The notes under the pieces: generated by a model
What the model was told of the DNA's origin: nothing
The model's input: only the letters and a program-made list of their open reading frames with translations
Databases searched by the model: none
In this document: in pieces, positions 42,045-52,583 of the stretch
Numbering within the stretch: position 1 is the first letter of the stretch
Layout: each line of letters starts with the position of its first letter
Source of the DNA: Bacillota bacterium
Lineage (GTDB): Bacteria; Bacillota; Limnochordia; Darwinibacteriales; DTU012
Length of the DNA: 64,000 nt
Reading direction: 5' to 3'
NCBI GenBank assembly: GCA_012840925.1
Contig: DUVS01000015.1
Location: forward strand, 119,142-183,141
Position numbers and translations under genes: made by a program

Positions 42045-42731
42045 GTGAGTTACAATGTCATGATCAAAGACTTGCCTGTTCAGGAACGCCCGCGGGAAAG
42101 ACTGCTGCAATATGGCCCGGAGCATCTGTCGAATCGTGAGTTGTTAGCCATCTTACTCCAGACTGGAACCCAGAATCAGTCCGTGTTTAATTTAGTGGAT
42201 CAGTTGATCTCTCACTTCGGATCTCTGCGAGACCTGGCCTGTGCCACGTACGAGGAAATGGCAACCATTAAAGGCATTGGTCCGGCCAAAGCTGCTCAGG
42301 TACTGGCTGCTTTCGAGTTAGCCAAGCGGTTGAGCAACTCAAGCCTGGAAGTAAGAGAAGTGATTCACAGCCCTCAGGACGCTGCAGAAATCGTGATCAA
42401 TGAGATGAGCCTGCTCGATCGCGAACATTTTGTGATTCTGATGCTCAATACGAAGCATGCTGTGATTGCCAGAAAGGTTGTTTCCATTGGTCATCTCAAT
42501 GCCTCCCTGGTCCATCCGCGGGAATTATTCAAAGATGTGATCAAAAAAAGCAGCGCGGCTGTGATTCTGGTGCATAATCACCCCAGCGGAGATCCTACCC
42601 CTAGTGATGAAGACATCCGTGTAACAAAAAGACTGTGTGAAGCCGGAGAGTTGTTAGGGATTAAAGTCTTGGATCACATTATTATCGCAGACAAAAGCTA
42701 TCTCAGTTTTCGTGAGCATGGTTTAATCTAA
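42045..42731 (+). CDS. radC: RadC-like JAB-domain protein (UPF0758)
   Basis: HhH (ELLAILL..G) and JAMM motif [17 protein letters not shown] start 6 nt after AAGGAGG. Confidence 0.85.
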   Translation: MSYNVMIKDLPVQERPRERLLQYGPEHLSNRELLAILLQTGTQNQSVFNLVDQLISHFGSLRDLACATYEEMATIKGIGPAKAAQVLAAFELAKRLSNSSLEVREVIHSPQDAAEIVINEMSLLDREHFVILMLNTKHAVIARKVVSIGHLNASLVHPRELFKDVIKKSSAAVILVHNHPSGDPTPSDEDIRVTKRLCEAGELLGIKVLDHIIIADKSYLSFREHGLI

Positions 42732-42765
42732 GTATCATAGGGACAAGCTGAAAGGAGATACAAAC

Positions 42766-43785
42766 ATGTTTGGTCGCTTAGGAAGAGACATTGGCATTGA
42801 TTTAGGAACTGCAAACACATTGGTTTACGTACGCGGTCGCGGGATTGTGATTGATGAACCGTCGGTGCTGGCGCGGGATCAAGAGACTAAAGAAATTCTG
42901 GCCGTTGGCAACAAAGCCAAAGAAATGGTCGGTCGGACTCCCGGCAATATCGTGGCCATCAGGCCTTTGCGCGACGGAGTGATCGCCGATTTTGACACCA
43001 CCGAGCGGATGCTCCGCGACTTCTTGGTCAAGGCGAACAGAAGAATGAGCTGGGTGCGGCCACGTGTAGTCATTGCTGTCCCTTCCGGGGTTACAGAAGT
43101 GGAAAAACGGGCGGTTATTGATGCAGCCATCTCAGCAGGAGCCAAGGATGCCAGGGTGATTGAAGAGCCTATGGCTGCTGCCATTGGAGTTGGCCTGCCA
43201 GTACAGGAACCGACAGGGAACATGATTGTCGATATAGGCGGAGGTACTACGGAAGTGGCTGTCATCTCGCTGGGGGGCATTGTCGCTCATCGTTCCATCA
43301 GAATTGGAGGCGATGAAATGGACGATGCAATCATCCAGCATATTCGCCGCAATTATAATCTCCTGATTGGCGAACGGACAGCAGAGACAATCAAGAAGAC
43401 TATTGGTACAGCTTGTCCTCAAGAAACAGAGAGTTCGTTGGAAGTACGCGGCCGTGACCTGGTGACCGGACTGCCGAAAACCATAACCATCACTTCAGAG
43501 GAAGTGAGGGAAGCTTTAGCGGAGCCAGTGGCCAGTATCTTGGAAGGTGTAAAGGTAACATTGGAACAAACCCCGCCGGAGTTAGCAGCTGACATCATGG
43601 ATCGGGGTATTGTGATGGCAGGAGGCGGAGCCCTCTTGACCGGGTTGGATCAATTGATAGCCGGTGAAACGGGAATGCCGGTCCATGTGACCGAAGAGCC
43701 GTTGCAGGCAGTGGTGAAAGGTACGGGACTTGTTCTGGAACATTATGATTTGATGCAGCGGATCATGATTGGGCCGAAACGGTAA
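42766..43785 (+). CDS. mreB: rod-shape-determining protein MreB
   Basis: [14 protein letters not shown]...actin-fold motifs [11 protein letters not shown]. Confidence 0.95.
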   Translation: MFGRLGRDIGIDLGTANTLVYVRGRGIVIDEPSVLARDQETKEILAVGNKAKEMVGRTPGNIVAIRPLRDGVIADFDTTERMLRDFLVKANRRMSWVRPRVVIAVPSGVTEVEKRAVIDAAISAGAKDARVIEEPMAAAIGVGLPVQEPTGNMIVDIGGGTTEVAVISLGGIVAHRSIRIGGDEMDDAIIQHIRRNYNLLIGERTAETIKKTIGTACPQETESSLEVRGRDLVTGLPKTITITSEEVREALAEPVASILEGVKVTLEQTPPELAADIMDRGIVMAGGGALLTGLDQLIAGETGMPVHVTEEPLQAVVKGTGLVLEHYDLMQRIMIGPKR

Positions 43786-43814
43786 ACAACCGGAGGCGGT
43801 AGTGAGGAGGTGAA

Positions 43815-44645
43815 GTGGTTTTGTCCCGAAAAATCAGGCGCGTAAGAGTAATCGTGATCCTGATCATGATTGTAGCCATTGCCGGGAGTATCCACTTTAC
43901 CTCTCGCTCCCGTCCCCAGGTGACTGTCGGCGAGCAGGCAGTTCGTGATCTTCTGGCACCGATCCAAACACTGTTCATGCGCATCTCCCAAACAGTCCAT
44001 TCATTCTTTGCATCAGTGGGGCAAATTGGCAGCCTTAAGCAGGAAAATGCCCGGTTGAAGGCTGAATTACTAGAGCTTGAGCGTCAGTTGTACCAGATGG
44101 CAGAGTACAAAAGAGAAAATGAGTGGCTCCGGGAAGCGCTGGAGTTTAAGAAACAAGAATCCTATCAAATGTTGGTATGCGAAGTGGTTGGCAGGTCGCC
44201 GACCAATCTCTTCAATACTGTTACCATTAACCGCGGCAGTAATAACGGAGTAACCCAAGGCATGGCGGTCATGTCCGGCAACGGGGTTGTTGGCACTGTG
44301 CAAAGTGTTACAGCCACTACTGCCACGGTGATTCTGGCTACCGATGCCCGCAGTGCGATTGGGGGCATGGTTCAGCATTCCGGCGATCTGGTGCTGATTG
44401 AGGGTGATCCGGATTATTCTGGGATGCTGTTGGCCAAGCCTTTGTCCAAAGATGTACAATTACAGGTTGGTGATGTTCTTGTCACATCTGGACTGTCGCA
44501 ATATTTCCCCAAAGGACTACCCATAGGCAAAGTGGTGGAGATCGTCCCCAGCCGCTATCAGCTGTCTTTTACAGCATACATCCAGCCTTTTGTGGATTTC
44601 AGCAGACTGGAGTACGTTTTAATCTTGCTTGGTGATCCGAAGTAG
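43815..44645 (+). CDS. mreC: rod-shape-determining protein MreC
   Basis: N-terminal TM, coiled-coil ENARLKAELLELERQL, and C-terminal beta-domain. GTG start after GAGGAGGTGAA. Confidence 0.85.
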   Translation: MVLSRKIRRVRVIVILIMIVAIAGSIHFTSRSRPQVTVGEQAVRDLLAPIQTLFMRISQTVHSFFASVGQIGSLKQENARLKAELLELERQLYQMAEYKRENEWLREALEFKKQESYQMLVCEVVGRSPTNLFNTVTINRGSNNGVTQGMAVMSGNGVVGTVQSVTATTATVILATDARSAIGGMVQHSGDLVLIEGDPDYSGMLLAKPLSKDVQLQVGDVLVTSGLSQYFPKGLPIGKVVEIVPSRYQLSFTAYIQPFVDFSRLEYVLILLGDPK

Positions 44646-44655
44646 GTGCAGACCG

Positions 44656-45168
44656 ATGGCAGTTTTGATCTATACGGTGATCATTATCCTGGCTTTAGTG
44701 ATTCAGACAACCATCTTTACCGCATGGCCGATTTTTGTGGTCATTCCTGATCTGATTCTGGTATTGGTTGTCTTATTTAGTTTAATAAACGGGCCTGGTT
44801 TTGGAGCTAAATTTGGCTTTTTGGCTGGCCTGGGTTTGGATCTGTTCGTGGGAGAACTAATCGGGCTCCATGCACTGACCAAGATGGTGATTGGTGCCGT
44901 GGTCGGCCTTTTAGCCCTGCGATTTTATAAGGAAAACTATGTCGTTCCCCTGATCAGCGTCTTGGTGGCCACCATCGCTGATCAGCTTTTGTACGGATTG
45001 GGAATGGCTTTCTTTGGTGTGACAGTGCCAGTGAAGTATCTTCTAGAGCAGATCTTGCTGCCCTTGCTGTTGTATAACGGAGTGCTCAGCCTGCTGCTGT
45101 ATGTGCGCTTATATTATTTCAACAAGAAGATCTTTTACTGGGATGAGATTTTCAGGCGATCGAGGTGA
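44656..45168 (+). CDS. mreD: rod-shape-determining protein MreD
   Basis: About 170-aa polytopic membrane protein in the canonical position after mreC. ATG at 44656 is 7 nt after AGGTG. Confidence 0.7.
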   Translation: MAVLIYTVIIILALVIQTTIFTAWPIFVVIPDLILVLVVLFSLINGPGFGAKFGFLAGLGLDLFVGELIGLHALTKMVIGAVVGLLALRFYKENYVVPLISVLVATIADQLLYGLGMAFFGVTVPVKYLLEQILLPLLLYNGVLSLLLYVRLYYFNKKIFYWDEIFRRSR

Positions 45169-47005
45169 ACACAAAATCTTGGAAGATAAGACACTGGAAC
45201 AGCGTCTCCGGGTATTTTGGGTGCTGATCATCATTATCATCTTAATTATCTGCGGCAGGTTGTGGGAGCTTCAAATCCGCCGGGGAGGCCATTACGCAAA
45301 CTTGGCCGAGGGCAATCGCATGCGCCGGATTCGGGTAATGCCTACCAGAGGTGTCATCTACAGCCGTGATGGCAAAGAGTTGGTCCGCAGCCGTCCCGCT
45401 TTTACAGTGGCTTTGGTACCCGGCGGGATTCCCCAAAATGCTGAAGGTGTGCTGGAGTACTTAAGCGAGATTTTGTGCCTCACCAGCGAAGAACTGCAGG
45501 CGGCCATCAATAAAGGGCGCCAGAACTTGTATGAACCGGTTCGCATTGCCCGTGATGTTGATTTGAGTACAGTCGTGGCTATTGAGGAAAACCGGATGAA
45601 GCTGCCGGGAGTTTTTATAGAAGAAGAGTGGGTGCGGGATTACCTTTATCCCAGCTTTGCCAGTCATCTGATTGGTTATTTGGGTATTATCAGTGAGCAG
45701 GAGCTGCAGCAGCTCGGCTCGGGATATGCCAGTTCTGACTTAGTCGGCAAAACTGGATTGGAAGCAATCTATGAACAGGAACTGCGGGGAGTCCTGGGTT
45801 CGGTCATGGTGGAAGTGAATGCTTTGAGCCGGCCGGTACAAACGGTGAGCTATGTGGAGCCGATTCCAGGCTACAGTTTGATACTTACTCTTGATCGTGA
45901 GCTGCAGCAGGCAGCGCGGGAGGCATTTATTGCCCATACGGACACGCTGCGGGAGGAAGGTGCCCCGCCATTTAAGGGGATAGTGATTGCTTTAAACCCA
46001 AAGACCGGTGAGATTCTGGCGTTGGTCAGCATGCCCGACTATGATCCCGGAAGATTGCTGGATGCCAGGCAGCGGAACAGTTATTATAAAAGTTTGGTCA
46101 ATAACCCTGATTTGCCGTTATTCAACCGTGCAATTCAAGGACAGTACGGGCCCGGTTCAGCATTCAAGCCGTTCATTGCCGTGGCTATGCTGGAAGAAAA
46201 GGTGGTAACTCCGGACCAGGTGTTTAATGCCACCGGTACCAGCGAATACGGGATCCGGGACTGGGTGATAACCCAGGGCCTCGCGCCTTTCGGCCCGATC
46301 AAGCTTGTCGATGCTCTGGCAGTGTCCAGCAACCACTATTTTGCCGAGTTCGGCAAACAGGTGGGTATTGATCGGCTGTCAACCTGGCTGAGAAAATTTG
46401 GCTTCGGATCTCCCACTGAGATGATCGGGGTCACTCAGGAAGCATCAGGTTTAGTGCCGGACCGGGAGTGGAAGCGGCAGCGGTATGCCGGCTACCCCAC
46501 CTATGAGCAGGCTTGGTACCCTGTGGATACAGAACAGATCTCGATCGGGCAAGGTTTTGTCACTGTGACGCCTGTCCAGTTGGCAGCTGCGTACAGTGCC
46601 ATCGCTAATCGCGGGGTGATCTATCAGCCGACGGTGGTCAAACAGATCATTGATCCGGAAGGCGAAATTGTCTTTGAGCATACACCCACGGTAAAAACTA
46701 CTATGGATGTGGCTGAGAGCACGTGGAATGCGGTAATCCAAGGCATGGAGGCTGTAATTACCCATCCCAGGGGGACAGCCCGCCGGGCTTTTGAAGATTT
46801 CCCGATCCGGACGGCCGGCAAGACCGGTAGTTATGAAATACCAGGCCAAGAAGGGCACGGTCTTTTTGCTGCCTTTGCCCCAGTTGAGGATCCGGAATTG
46901 GTGGTGGTGGTGATTGTCGAGCACGGAACCGGGGGCGCATCTAGTGCAGCACCGATTGCACGCATGGTATTTGATGCCTATTTTGGGTTAAATAGGCAGG
47001 AATAA
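45143..47005 (+). CDS. mrdA: penicillin-binding protein 2 (peptidoglycan D,D-transpeptidase MrdA)
   Basis: N-terminal TM; dimerisation domain; transpeptidase motifs SAFKP (SxxK), SSN, KTGS. ATG at 45143 overlaps mreD by 26 nt. Alternative TTG start at 45179 lies 9 nt after GAGGTGAA. Confidence 0.85.
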   Translation: MRFSGDRGEHKILEDKTLEQRLRVFWVLIIIIILIICGRLWELQIRRGGHYANLAEGNRMRRIRVMPTRGVIYSRDGKELVRSRPAFTVALVPGGIPQNAEGVLEYLSEILCLTSEELQAAINKGRQNLYEPVRIARDVDLSTVVAIEENRMKLPGVFIEEEWVRDYLYPSFASHLIGYLGIISEQELQQLGSGYASSDLVGKTGLEAIYEQELRGVLGSVMVEVNALSRPVQTVSYVEPIPGYSLILTLDRELQQAAREAFIAHTDTLREEGAPPFKGIVIALNPKTGEILALVSMPDYDPGRLLDARQRNSYYKSLVNNPDLPLFNRAIQGQYGPGSAFKPFIAVAMLEEKVVTPDQVFNATGTSEYGIRDWVITQGLAPFGPIKLVDALAVSSNHYFAEFGKQVGIDRLSTWLRKFGFGSPTEMIGVTQEASGLVPDREWKRQRYAGYPTYEQAWYPVDTEQISIGQGFVTVTPVQLAAAYSAIANRGVIYQPTVVKQIIDPEGEIVFEHTPTVKTTMDVAESTWNAVIQGMEAVITHPRGTARRAFEDFPIRTAGKTGSYEIPGQEGHGLFAAFAPVEDPELVVVVIVEHGTGGASSAAPIARMVFDAYFGLNRQE

Positions 47006-47063
47006 AATTTGAGAAAGCGAAGTTGTAAAGGTAGGAATGAAAGCATTCGAGGAGAGACCCATA

Positions 47064-47702
47064 ATGAGCAAGGAAGCTTGTATCATTAAAGGTACGAAGC
47101 ATGGATTGTCGATTTTGATTCCCAGCGGATTAACTTTTTCCGAAGTCTTGGCACAACTGAGGGCACGACTGGCTTCAGCTCAGGAGTTCTTTTCCGGTGC
47201 AACAGTGTACGTTTCCACAACGGATCGAGAACTGAAACCGGAAGAAAAGCGGCAGTTAGAGCAAACAGTGGAAGAATTTGGGATGGTGATTGGTGAAAAG
47301 GAAGTTGCGGAGCCGCCAGTTGCTGTGGCTGAACGCAAGGATGAGCCACGAGATGAAGCCAGTGAAGACACATTGCTGGTGCGCCGTACGATTCGCTCCG
47401 GCCAGCGCATTTGGTATGACGGTAATGTGGTCATCCTCGGCGATGTGAATCCGGGAGCTGAAATTGTCTGCACCGGTGATATTCTGGTTCTAGGGTGTCT
47501 CCGGGGAGTTGCCCATGCAGGCTGCAACGGCAACGTCAACGCATCGGTCTTTGCCTTCCGGTTAGAGCCAACTCAATTGCGAATTGCCAGCTACATATCT
47601 CGCTCCCCTGATGAGAAACTGCCTAAACCGCTTGGACCGGAAGTCGCGCGCATTTGTGATAATGTAATTCAGATTAGTGCTTATCAGAGTAATCAGAGTT
47701 GA
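47064..47702 (+). CDS. minC: septum site-determining protein MinC
   Basis: C-terminal beta-helix repeat region (GDVNPGAEIVCTGDILVLGCLRGVAHAG). Gene lies upstream of minD. ATG at 47064 after GGAGAG. Confidence 0.8.
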   Translation: MSKEACIIKGTKHGLSILIPSGLTFSEVLAQLRARLASAQEFFSGATVYVSTTDRELKPEEKRQLEQTVEEFGMVIGEKEVAEPPVAVAERKDEPRDEASEDTLLVRRTIRSGQRIWYDGNVVILGDVNPGAEIVCTGDILVLGCLRGVAHAGCNGNVNASVFAFRLEPTQLRIASYISRSPDEKLPKPLGPEVARICDNVIQISAYQSNQS

Positions 47703-47725
47703 CGCTAAGTAGGGGAGGTGTTTGA

Positions 47726-48517
47726 ATGGGAAAATCCATTGTAGTAACAAGTGGCAAAGGCGGTGTTGGCAAGACTACCACAGCTGCCAATATCGGAACC
47801 GGGCTGGCTCAAATTGGGAGAAGAGTATGTTTGGTCGATGCAGATATCGGGCTGCGCAACTTGGATGTGGTCATGGGACTGGAGAACCGCATTGTCTATG
47901 ATTTGATTGATGTGGTTGAGGGGCACTGCCGGGTACGTTCAGCTCTGATTAAGGACAAGCGTTTGGACAATCTGTTTTTACTGCCGGCAGCACAAACCCG
48001 TGAAAAGGATGCTGTCAACCCGGAACAGATGAAGGTGTTGATGGAGGAGCTCAAGAAAGAGTTTGACTATGTGTTGGTTGACTGCCCTGCCGGTATTGAA
48101 CAGGGATTCAAGAATGCTGTCGCCGGTGCTGATGTGGCGATTATTGTCACTACACCGGAAGTATCGGCCGTAAGAGACGCTGATCGAATTGTCGGTTTGC
48201 TGGAAGCGAGTGAATTGTACGAACCACATCTAATCATCAACCGGATTCGCCCGGACATGATTCGTAAAGGCGATATGATGACCACTGACGATATCATCGA
48301 TATCCTGGCGATCAAGCTGTTGGGTATTGTTCCTGATGATGAGAGTATTATCATCTCGACCAACCGGGGAGAACCGGCTGTCCTGGATAAGAAGTCGTTG
48401 TCAGGACAGGCATTCCGTAATATCGTACGCCGATTGGAAGGGGCATCTGTTCCATTCCTGCCATTGGAAGAAACCTCTATGGTCAAACGAATACTGCGCT
48501 TGTTCGGCAGAAGTTAG
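47726..48517 (+). CDS. minD: septum site-determining ATPase MinD
   Basis: Deviant Walker A GKGGVGKTT, followed by a C-terminal amphipathic helix. Confidence 0.95.
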   Translation: MGKSIVVTSGKGGVGKTTTAANIGTGLAQIGRRVCLVDADIGLRNLDVVMGLENRIVYDLIDVVEGHCRVRSALIKDKRLDNLFLLPAAQTREKDAVNPEQMKVLMEELKKEFDYVLVDCPAGIEQGFKNAVAGADVAIIVTTPEVSAVRDADRIVGLLEASELYEPHLIINRIRPDMIRKGDMMTTDDIIDILAIKLLGIVPDDESIIISTNRGEPAVLDKKSLSGQAFRNIVRRLEGASVPFLPLEETSMVKRILRLFGRS

Positions 48518-48528
48518 GAGGGTCGGCC

Positions 48529-48792
48529 GTGTTAGAGTGGTTATCAAGGCTGTTTGGTGCTACGGAACAAAGTAAGGATAAAGCCAAGGAACGGTTGCGC
48601 CTGGTTCTGGTTCAAGATCGGGCGATACTCTCCCCAGGTTTGTTGGATGCCTTGAAAGAAGAAATGATCAATGTACTGTCAAAATATATGGAGATAGACG
48701 AGCAAGGTTTAGAGGTCAACTTGGACAGCAGCGATGACTCAGTGGCATTGGTGGCCAATATTCCTGTGCGTAAAGTAAAACGGAAGCTGTAG
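48529..48792 (+). CDS. minE: cell division topological specificity factor MinE
   Basis: MLEWLSRLFG...KERLRLVLVQDR. GTG start 6 nt after AGGAGGG. Confidence 0.85.
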   Translation: MLEWLSRLFGATEQSKDKAKERLRLVLVQDRAILSPGLLDALKEEMINVLSKYMEIDEQGLEVNLDSSDDSVALVANIPVRKVKRKL

Positions 48793-48874
48793 AGCTTTTA
48801 TCGTTCAGGTTTTTTTGGTTATGAATTGCTCCCGAGGCTAATATATTTAAATAGCAGCCGAGGGAGGTGAAACA

Positions 48875-49117
48875 ATGACCACCCGTTCGTCCAACAGTTT
48901 GGTTACGGCGGTATTGCTGTTTGTGATTATTGGCCTGCTCGCTGAAAGTCAGATTCCGTTTGGAACAGAAGTTACTAACTACTTGGAATTTATTTTAACC
49001 ACAGATTTTGATTTGCGTTTTGTCACCAGGCCCATTGAGCAGCTGAGGCAGGCTTTCTCAAGTTTTGACATGACGGCTTTGACTCAGGGTTTACCCCGTG
49101 TGCCAACGGGTTGGTGA
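48875..49117 (+). CDS. small hypothetical single-pass membrane protein (80 aa) immediately upstream of spoIVFB
   Basis: RBS GAGGGAGGTG. One TM helix, LVTAVLLFVIIGLLA. Stop lies 2 nt before the spoIVFB start. Confidence 0.35.
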   Translation: MTTRSSNSLVTAVLLFVIIGLLAESQIPFGTEVTNYLEFILTTDFDLRFVTRPIEQLRQAFSSFDMTALTQGLPRVPTGW

Positions 49118-49121
49118 GTCT

Positions 49122-50024
49122 ATGAAAGTCGGCTCGTTTTTGGGGATTGTATTTAAAGTCAATCCCTTTTTTTTACTGCTTATTACGCTGGCCTTTGTTT
49201 TTGGGCAGCTGCTGCCGGCGCTGATCTTGTTTGCAATTGTCCTTTTTCACGAGCTTGCCCATACCATTACTGCTTTTGCCTACGGACTGCGGGTTATCGA
49301 AGTGGAGCTGCTTCCCTTTGGCGGGGTGGCTCGCATGGATCATTTGCTGGAGTTAAATCCAAAGATCGAAACTGTAGTGGCGCTGGCAGGGCCTTTGAGC
49401 AATTTGCTGCTTCTGGCTGTGTTGTGGGCCTGTCACACATACGGTCTGCTGGTTGCAGATTGGTTTTGGTTCCTTGCCCGGGCCAATCTCAGCATGGCTG
49501 CCCTCAACCTTTTGCCCGGGCTACCCCTTGACGGGGGCCGGATCTTGCGGAGCCGTCTGCTCTACCGCTGCGGATTCTGCAAAGCTACAGAAAGAGCAGC
49601 CAAGATGGGCCAGTTTTTGGCTGTTGGTTTGATGGCCTTAGGCTTAATCGGCAGTCTGGCGGCAGCGGATGCCAGTGGGGCTTTGTTGGTGGTTGTAGGG
49701 ATATTTTTATTTATGGCGGCCAAAAAAGAAGCGGCACAGGCGATGTATGTGTTCTTGCGCTATCTGATTCAAAAGCAGTTCCAGGTAAGAACAGAGCGAG
49801 TGATGCCTGCCAAAGAACTGGTGGCCACTTGCGAAACTACTGTCGGCGAAGTTATCCGTTGTCTTACACCTTCGTTCTATCATTTGATCTGGATTATTGA
49901 CCTGCAAGGCAGGCTGATCGGGGTTTTGACAGAGTTGGAATTGATCAACGGCTTGCTGGAACAAGGGATTCATGATAAACTTAATAAATTGGTTAAGCAA
50001 CGTTTTAACCATAGGTATGATTAG
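49122..50024 (+). CDS. spoIVFB: stage IV sporulation protein FB (site-2 protease, M50 family, pro-sigma-K processing enzyme) with a C-terminal CBS domain
   Basis: HELAH zinc motif within a TM helix. LNLLPGLPLDGG (NPDG-like) motif. C-terminal CBS-type domain. Conserved position after minCDE. Confidence 0.8.
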   Translation: MKVGSFLGIVFKVNPFFLLLITLAFVFGQLLPALILFAIVLFHELAHTITAFAYGLRVIEVELLPFGGVARMDHLLELNPKIETVVALAGPLSNLLLLAVLWACHTYGLLVADWFWFLARANLSMAALNLLPGLPLDGGRILRSRLLYRCGFCKATERAAKMGQFLAVGLMALGLIGSLAAADASGALLVVVGIFLFMAAKKEAAQAMYVFLRYLIQKQFQVRTERVMPAKELVATCETTVGEVIRCLTPSFYHLIWIIDLQGRLIGVLTELELINGLLEQGIHDKLNKLVKQRFNHRYD

Positions 50025-50048
50025 CGGTAACGATGAGAGGTGCTATAG

Positions 50049-51908
50049 ATGAAACAAAAGTTGTTGCGAATTTTGCCGGACGTGTCCAAGCCGGCTCGAT
50101 ATACAAATCAAGAATTGAATGCCTGCCATAAAGAATGGAAGCAAGTGGCGGTCAAAATGGCTTTGGCCTTTCCTGACACGTATGAGATCGGGATGGGCAA
50201 TCTTGGTTTTAAGATTCTCTATCATATAATCAATCAGCGCCAGGATGCTCTGGCGGAACGGGTATACATGCCTTGGGTGGATATGCAGCAGAAGATGAAA
50301 GCAGAAGATCTGCCGTTAACTGCCCTGGAATCGGGGCAGCCTCTGGCTGACTTTGATATAGTCGGCTTTACCTTGCAGTACGAGCTAAGCTTCAGCAACA
50401 TCATCAAAATGCTGGATTTGGCAGGGATTCCCCGTTTAAGTGCCCAACGGGACAATCGGTACCCGCTGATCATTGCCGGCGGCCCCTGTGGGTATAACCC
50501 GGAGCCCTTGGCGGATTTCCTCGATTGCGTGGTTCTGGGCGACGGTGAGGAGGTAATCGGCGAACTGCTGGAGTTGGTTAAAACCAGTAAGGAACAGAAG
50601 CTGTCACGGCAGGAAACACTTTTGAAACTAGCTCAGATTTCAGGAGTGTATGTTCCCCGGTTTTATGAAATAAAGTATACGGATCAGGGAACGATCAAAA
50701 CGATCCAGAAAACAGAGAGTTCGGTTCCGGATCAGATTGAAAAACGAGTTGTGGCCGACTTGGATCAAGCTCCTTTCCCTGACCGGATGATTGTGCCCTA
50801 CCTGCAGACCGTGCACGATCGGGTCATGGTTGAAGTGATGCGGGGTTGTACCCGGGGCTGCCGGTTTTGCCAGGCTGGCATGATCTACAGGCCTGTCCGG
50901 GAACGGAGTGTGGAAACCCTGAAGAAACAGGTGCTGCAGCTTTTGGACAGTACAGGCTACGAACAGGTTTCCCTTACTTCCTTGTCTACCGGTGACTACA
51001 GCAAGGTGGAACGACTAGTGACTGAGCTGGCTGCCGAATGCCGCCAGCGTGGGGTATCTGTATCCCTGCCTTCACTGCGGGTTGATTCTTTTTCCGTTAG
51101 ACTGGCCACTGAAATTGAGAAGTTCAAAAAAACAGGACTCACCTTTGCGCCTGAGGCAGGTACCCAGCGCTTGCGGGATGTGATCAACAAAAATGTCCGG
51201 GAAGAGGACCTCTATGAAGCAGTGGATGCGGCGTTTGCTGCCGGTTGGTTTCAAATCAAACTGTATTTCATGATTGGACTGCCGACAGAAACCTGGGAAG
51301 ATTTGGACGGAATTGCCAACCTGGCCAAAAATGTACTGGAGATTGGCCGGCGCCGGCTGCCCAAAGATGGCAAGAAACCGGTGGTCAATGTCAGTGTTGC
51401 ATCATTTGTCCCGAAACCGGGCACGCCTTTCCAGTGGGAAGCGTTTACTGATCAAGAGTTGTTATTGGCGAAGCAGGATTATCTGCGGAAACAGCTGCGG
51501 CATCCAGGATTTAACTTCAGCGCCCATGATGTCCCCACCAGTTATCTGGAGGCAGTGTTTGCCCGCGGCGATCGCCGTTTGGGGAAGGTATTGGCCCGGG
51601 CAGTTGATTTGGGCTGCCAGTTCGACGGTTGGAACGAGCATTTCCGCTTTGATCTCTGGATGCACGCATTTCACGACGCAGGAATTGACAGTGATTTCTA
51701 TGCCTACCGTGAGCGTCAGGCTGATGAGATCTTTCCGTGGGAACACCTTTCCAGCGGTGTGAGCAGGCAGTTTTTGTGGCTCGAGCGCAAGAGGGCTTAT
51801 CAAGGCATTACCACCGAAGACTGCCGTTTCAATAATTGTGTAGGCTGCCGCGTGTGTCAGGACCTGGATGTAACCAACAGACTGCAGGGTGGTGATGGGA
51901 TTGAGTAA
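50049..51908 (+). CDS. TIGR03960-family B12-binding-like/radical SAM protein
   Basis: CTRGCRFCQAGMIYRP radical-SAM CxxxCxxC motif, with an N-terminal B12-binding-like domain; 619 aa. Conserved partner of the DUF2344 gene that follows. Confidence 0.8.
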   Translation: MKQKLLRILPDVSKPARYTNQELNACHKEWKQVAVKMALAFPDTYEIGMGNLGFKILYHIINQRQDALAERVYMPWVDMQQKMKAEDLPLTALESGQPLADFDIVGFTLQYELSFSNIIKMLDLAGIPRLSAQRDNRYPLIIAGGPCGYNPEPLADFLDCVVLGDGEEVIGELLELVKTSKEQKLSRQETLLKLAQISGVYVPRFYEIKYTDQGTIKTIQKTESSVPDQIEKRVVADLDQAPFPDRMIVPYLQTVHDRVMVEVMRGCTRGCRFCQAGMIYRPVRERSVETLKKQVLQLLDSTGYEQVSLTSLSTGDYSKVERLVTELAAECRQRGVSVSLPSLRVDSFSVRLATEIEKFKKTGLTFAPEAGTQRLRDVINKNVREEDLYEAVDAAFAAGWFQIKLYFMIGLPTETWEDLDGIANLAKNVLEIGRRRLPKDGKKPVVNVSVASFVPKPGTPFQWEAFTDQELLLAKQDYLRKQLRHPGFNFSAHDVPTSYLEAVFARGDRRLGKVLARAVDLGCQFDGWNEHFRFDLWMHAFHDAGIDSDFYAYRERQADEIFPWEHLSSGVSRQFLWLERKRAYQGITTEDCRFNNCVGCRVCQDLDVTNRLQGGDGIE

Positions 51909-52575
51909 TAATGTTCGTTTGCGTTTTGGTGTCGGTGAACCGGGAAGGTTCATTTCCCATCTTGATATTTTGCGCCTGATGGGCCGGGCCATTCGCCGGG
52001 CGCAGCTGCCCATTGCCTATTCTCAGGGTTTCAGCCCCACTCCCAAACTGGCATTTGCCTCCACACTGCCTGTTGGGGTGACCAGTGAGGCGGAGTATGT
52101 TGATCTGCAGCTGCAGACCAGCCTGGACTGTGAAACGGTGAAAAGCCGTTTAAATGCAGTTTTGCCTGATGGATTCCAGATTTTGGAGGCCGCCGCTTTG
52201 CCCGTAAAATACCCGGCCTTAATGTCGCTGATTACGACAGCCTGCTATCAAATCAGGACCCTTGGTGAGGTCTCTGATCTGGAACCTCGGATTACAGATT
52301 TGCTGGCCAAAGATGTATTGATGGTTTCAGTTAAACGTAAACAAAAAGAACAGCAAGCAAACATCCGGAGCTTGATCGACAAAATGGCCTATGATGCGCT
52401 CAATCAACAGATTGAGCTGCAGTGTGCCAGCGGTGTTAAGGCAAACCTGCGGCCTATGGATCTCTTGCCTCTGTTGGGGCTGGAACTCAGGGATGTATTG
52501 ATTCACCGGACAGCACTGTTGATCAAGGCCGAGGCTGATCAGCTGCTGACGCCATTCGATGTTTTAAAGGGGTAA
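51895..52575 (+). CDS. TIGR03936/DUF2344 radical-SAM-associated protein
   Basis: LRFGVGEPGRFISHLDILRLMGRAIRRAQLPIAYSQGFSP is the DUF2344 signature. Overlaps the radical SAM gene stop. Start ambiguous among 51889, 51892 and 51895. Confidence 0.75.
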   Translation: MGLSNNVRLRFGVGEPGRFISHLDILRLMGRAIRRAQLPIAYSQGFSPTPKLAFASTLPVGVTSEAEYVDLQLQTSLDCETVKSRLNAVLPDGFQILEAAALPVKYPALMSLITTACYQIRTLGEVSDLEPRITDLLAKDVLMVSVKRKQKEQQANIRSLIDKMAYDALNQQIELQCASGVKANLRPMDLLPLLGLELRDVLIHRTALLIKAEADQLLTPFDVLKG

Positions 52576-52583
52576 AGGATAAT

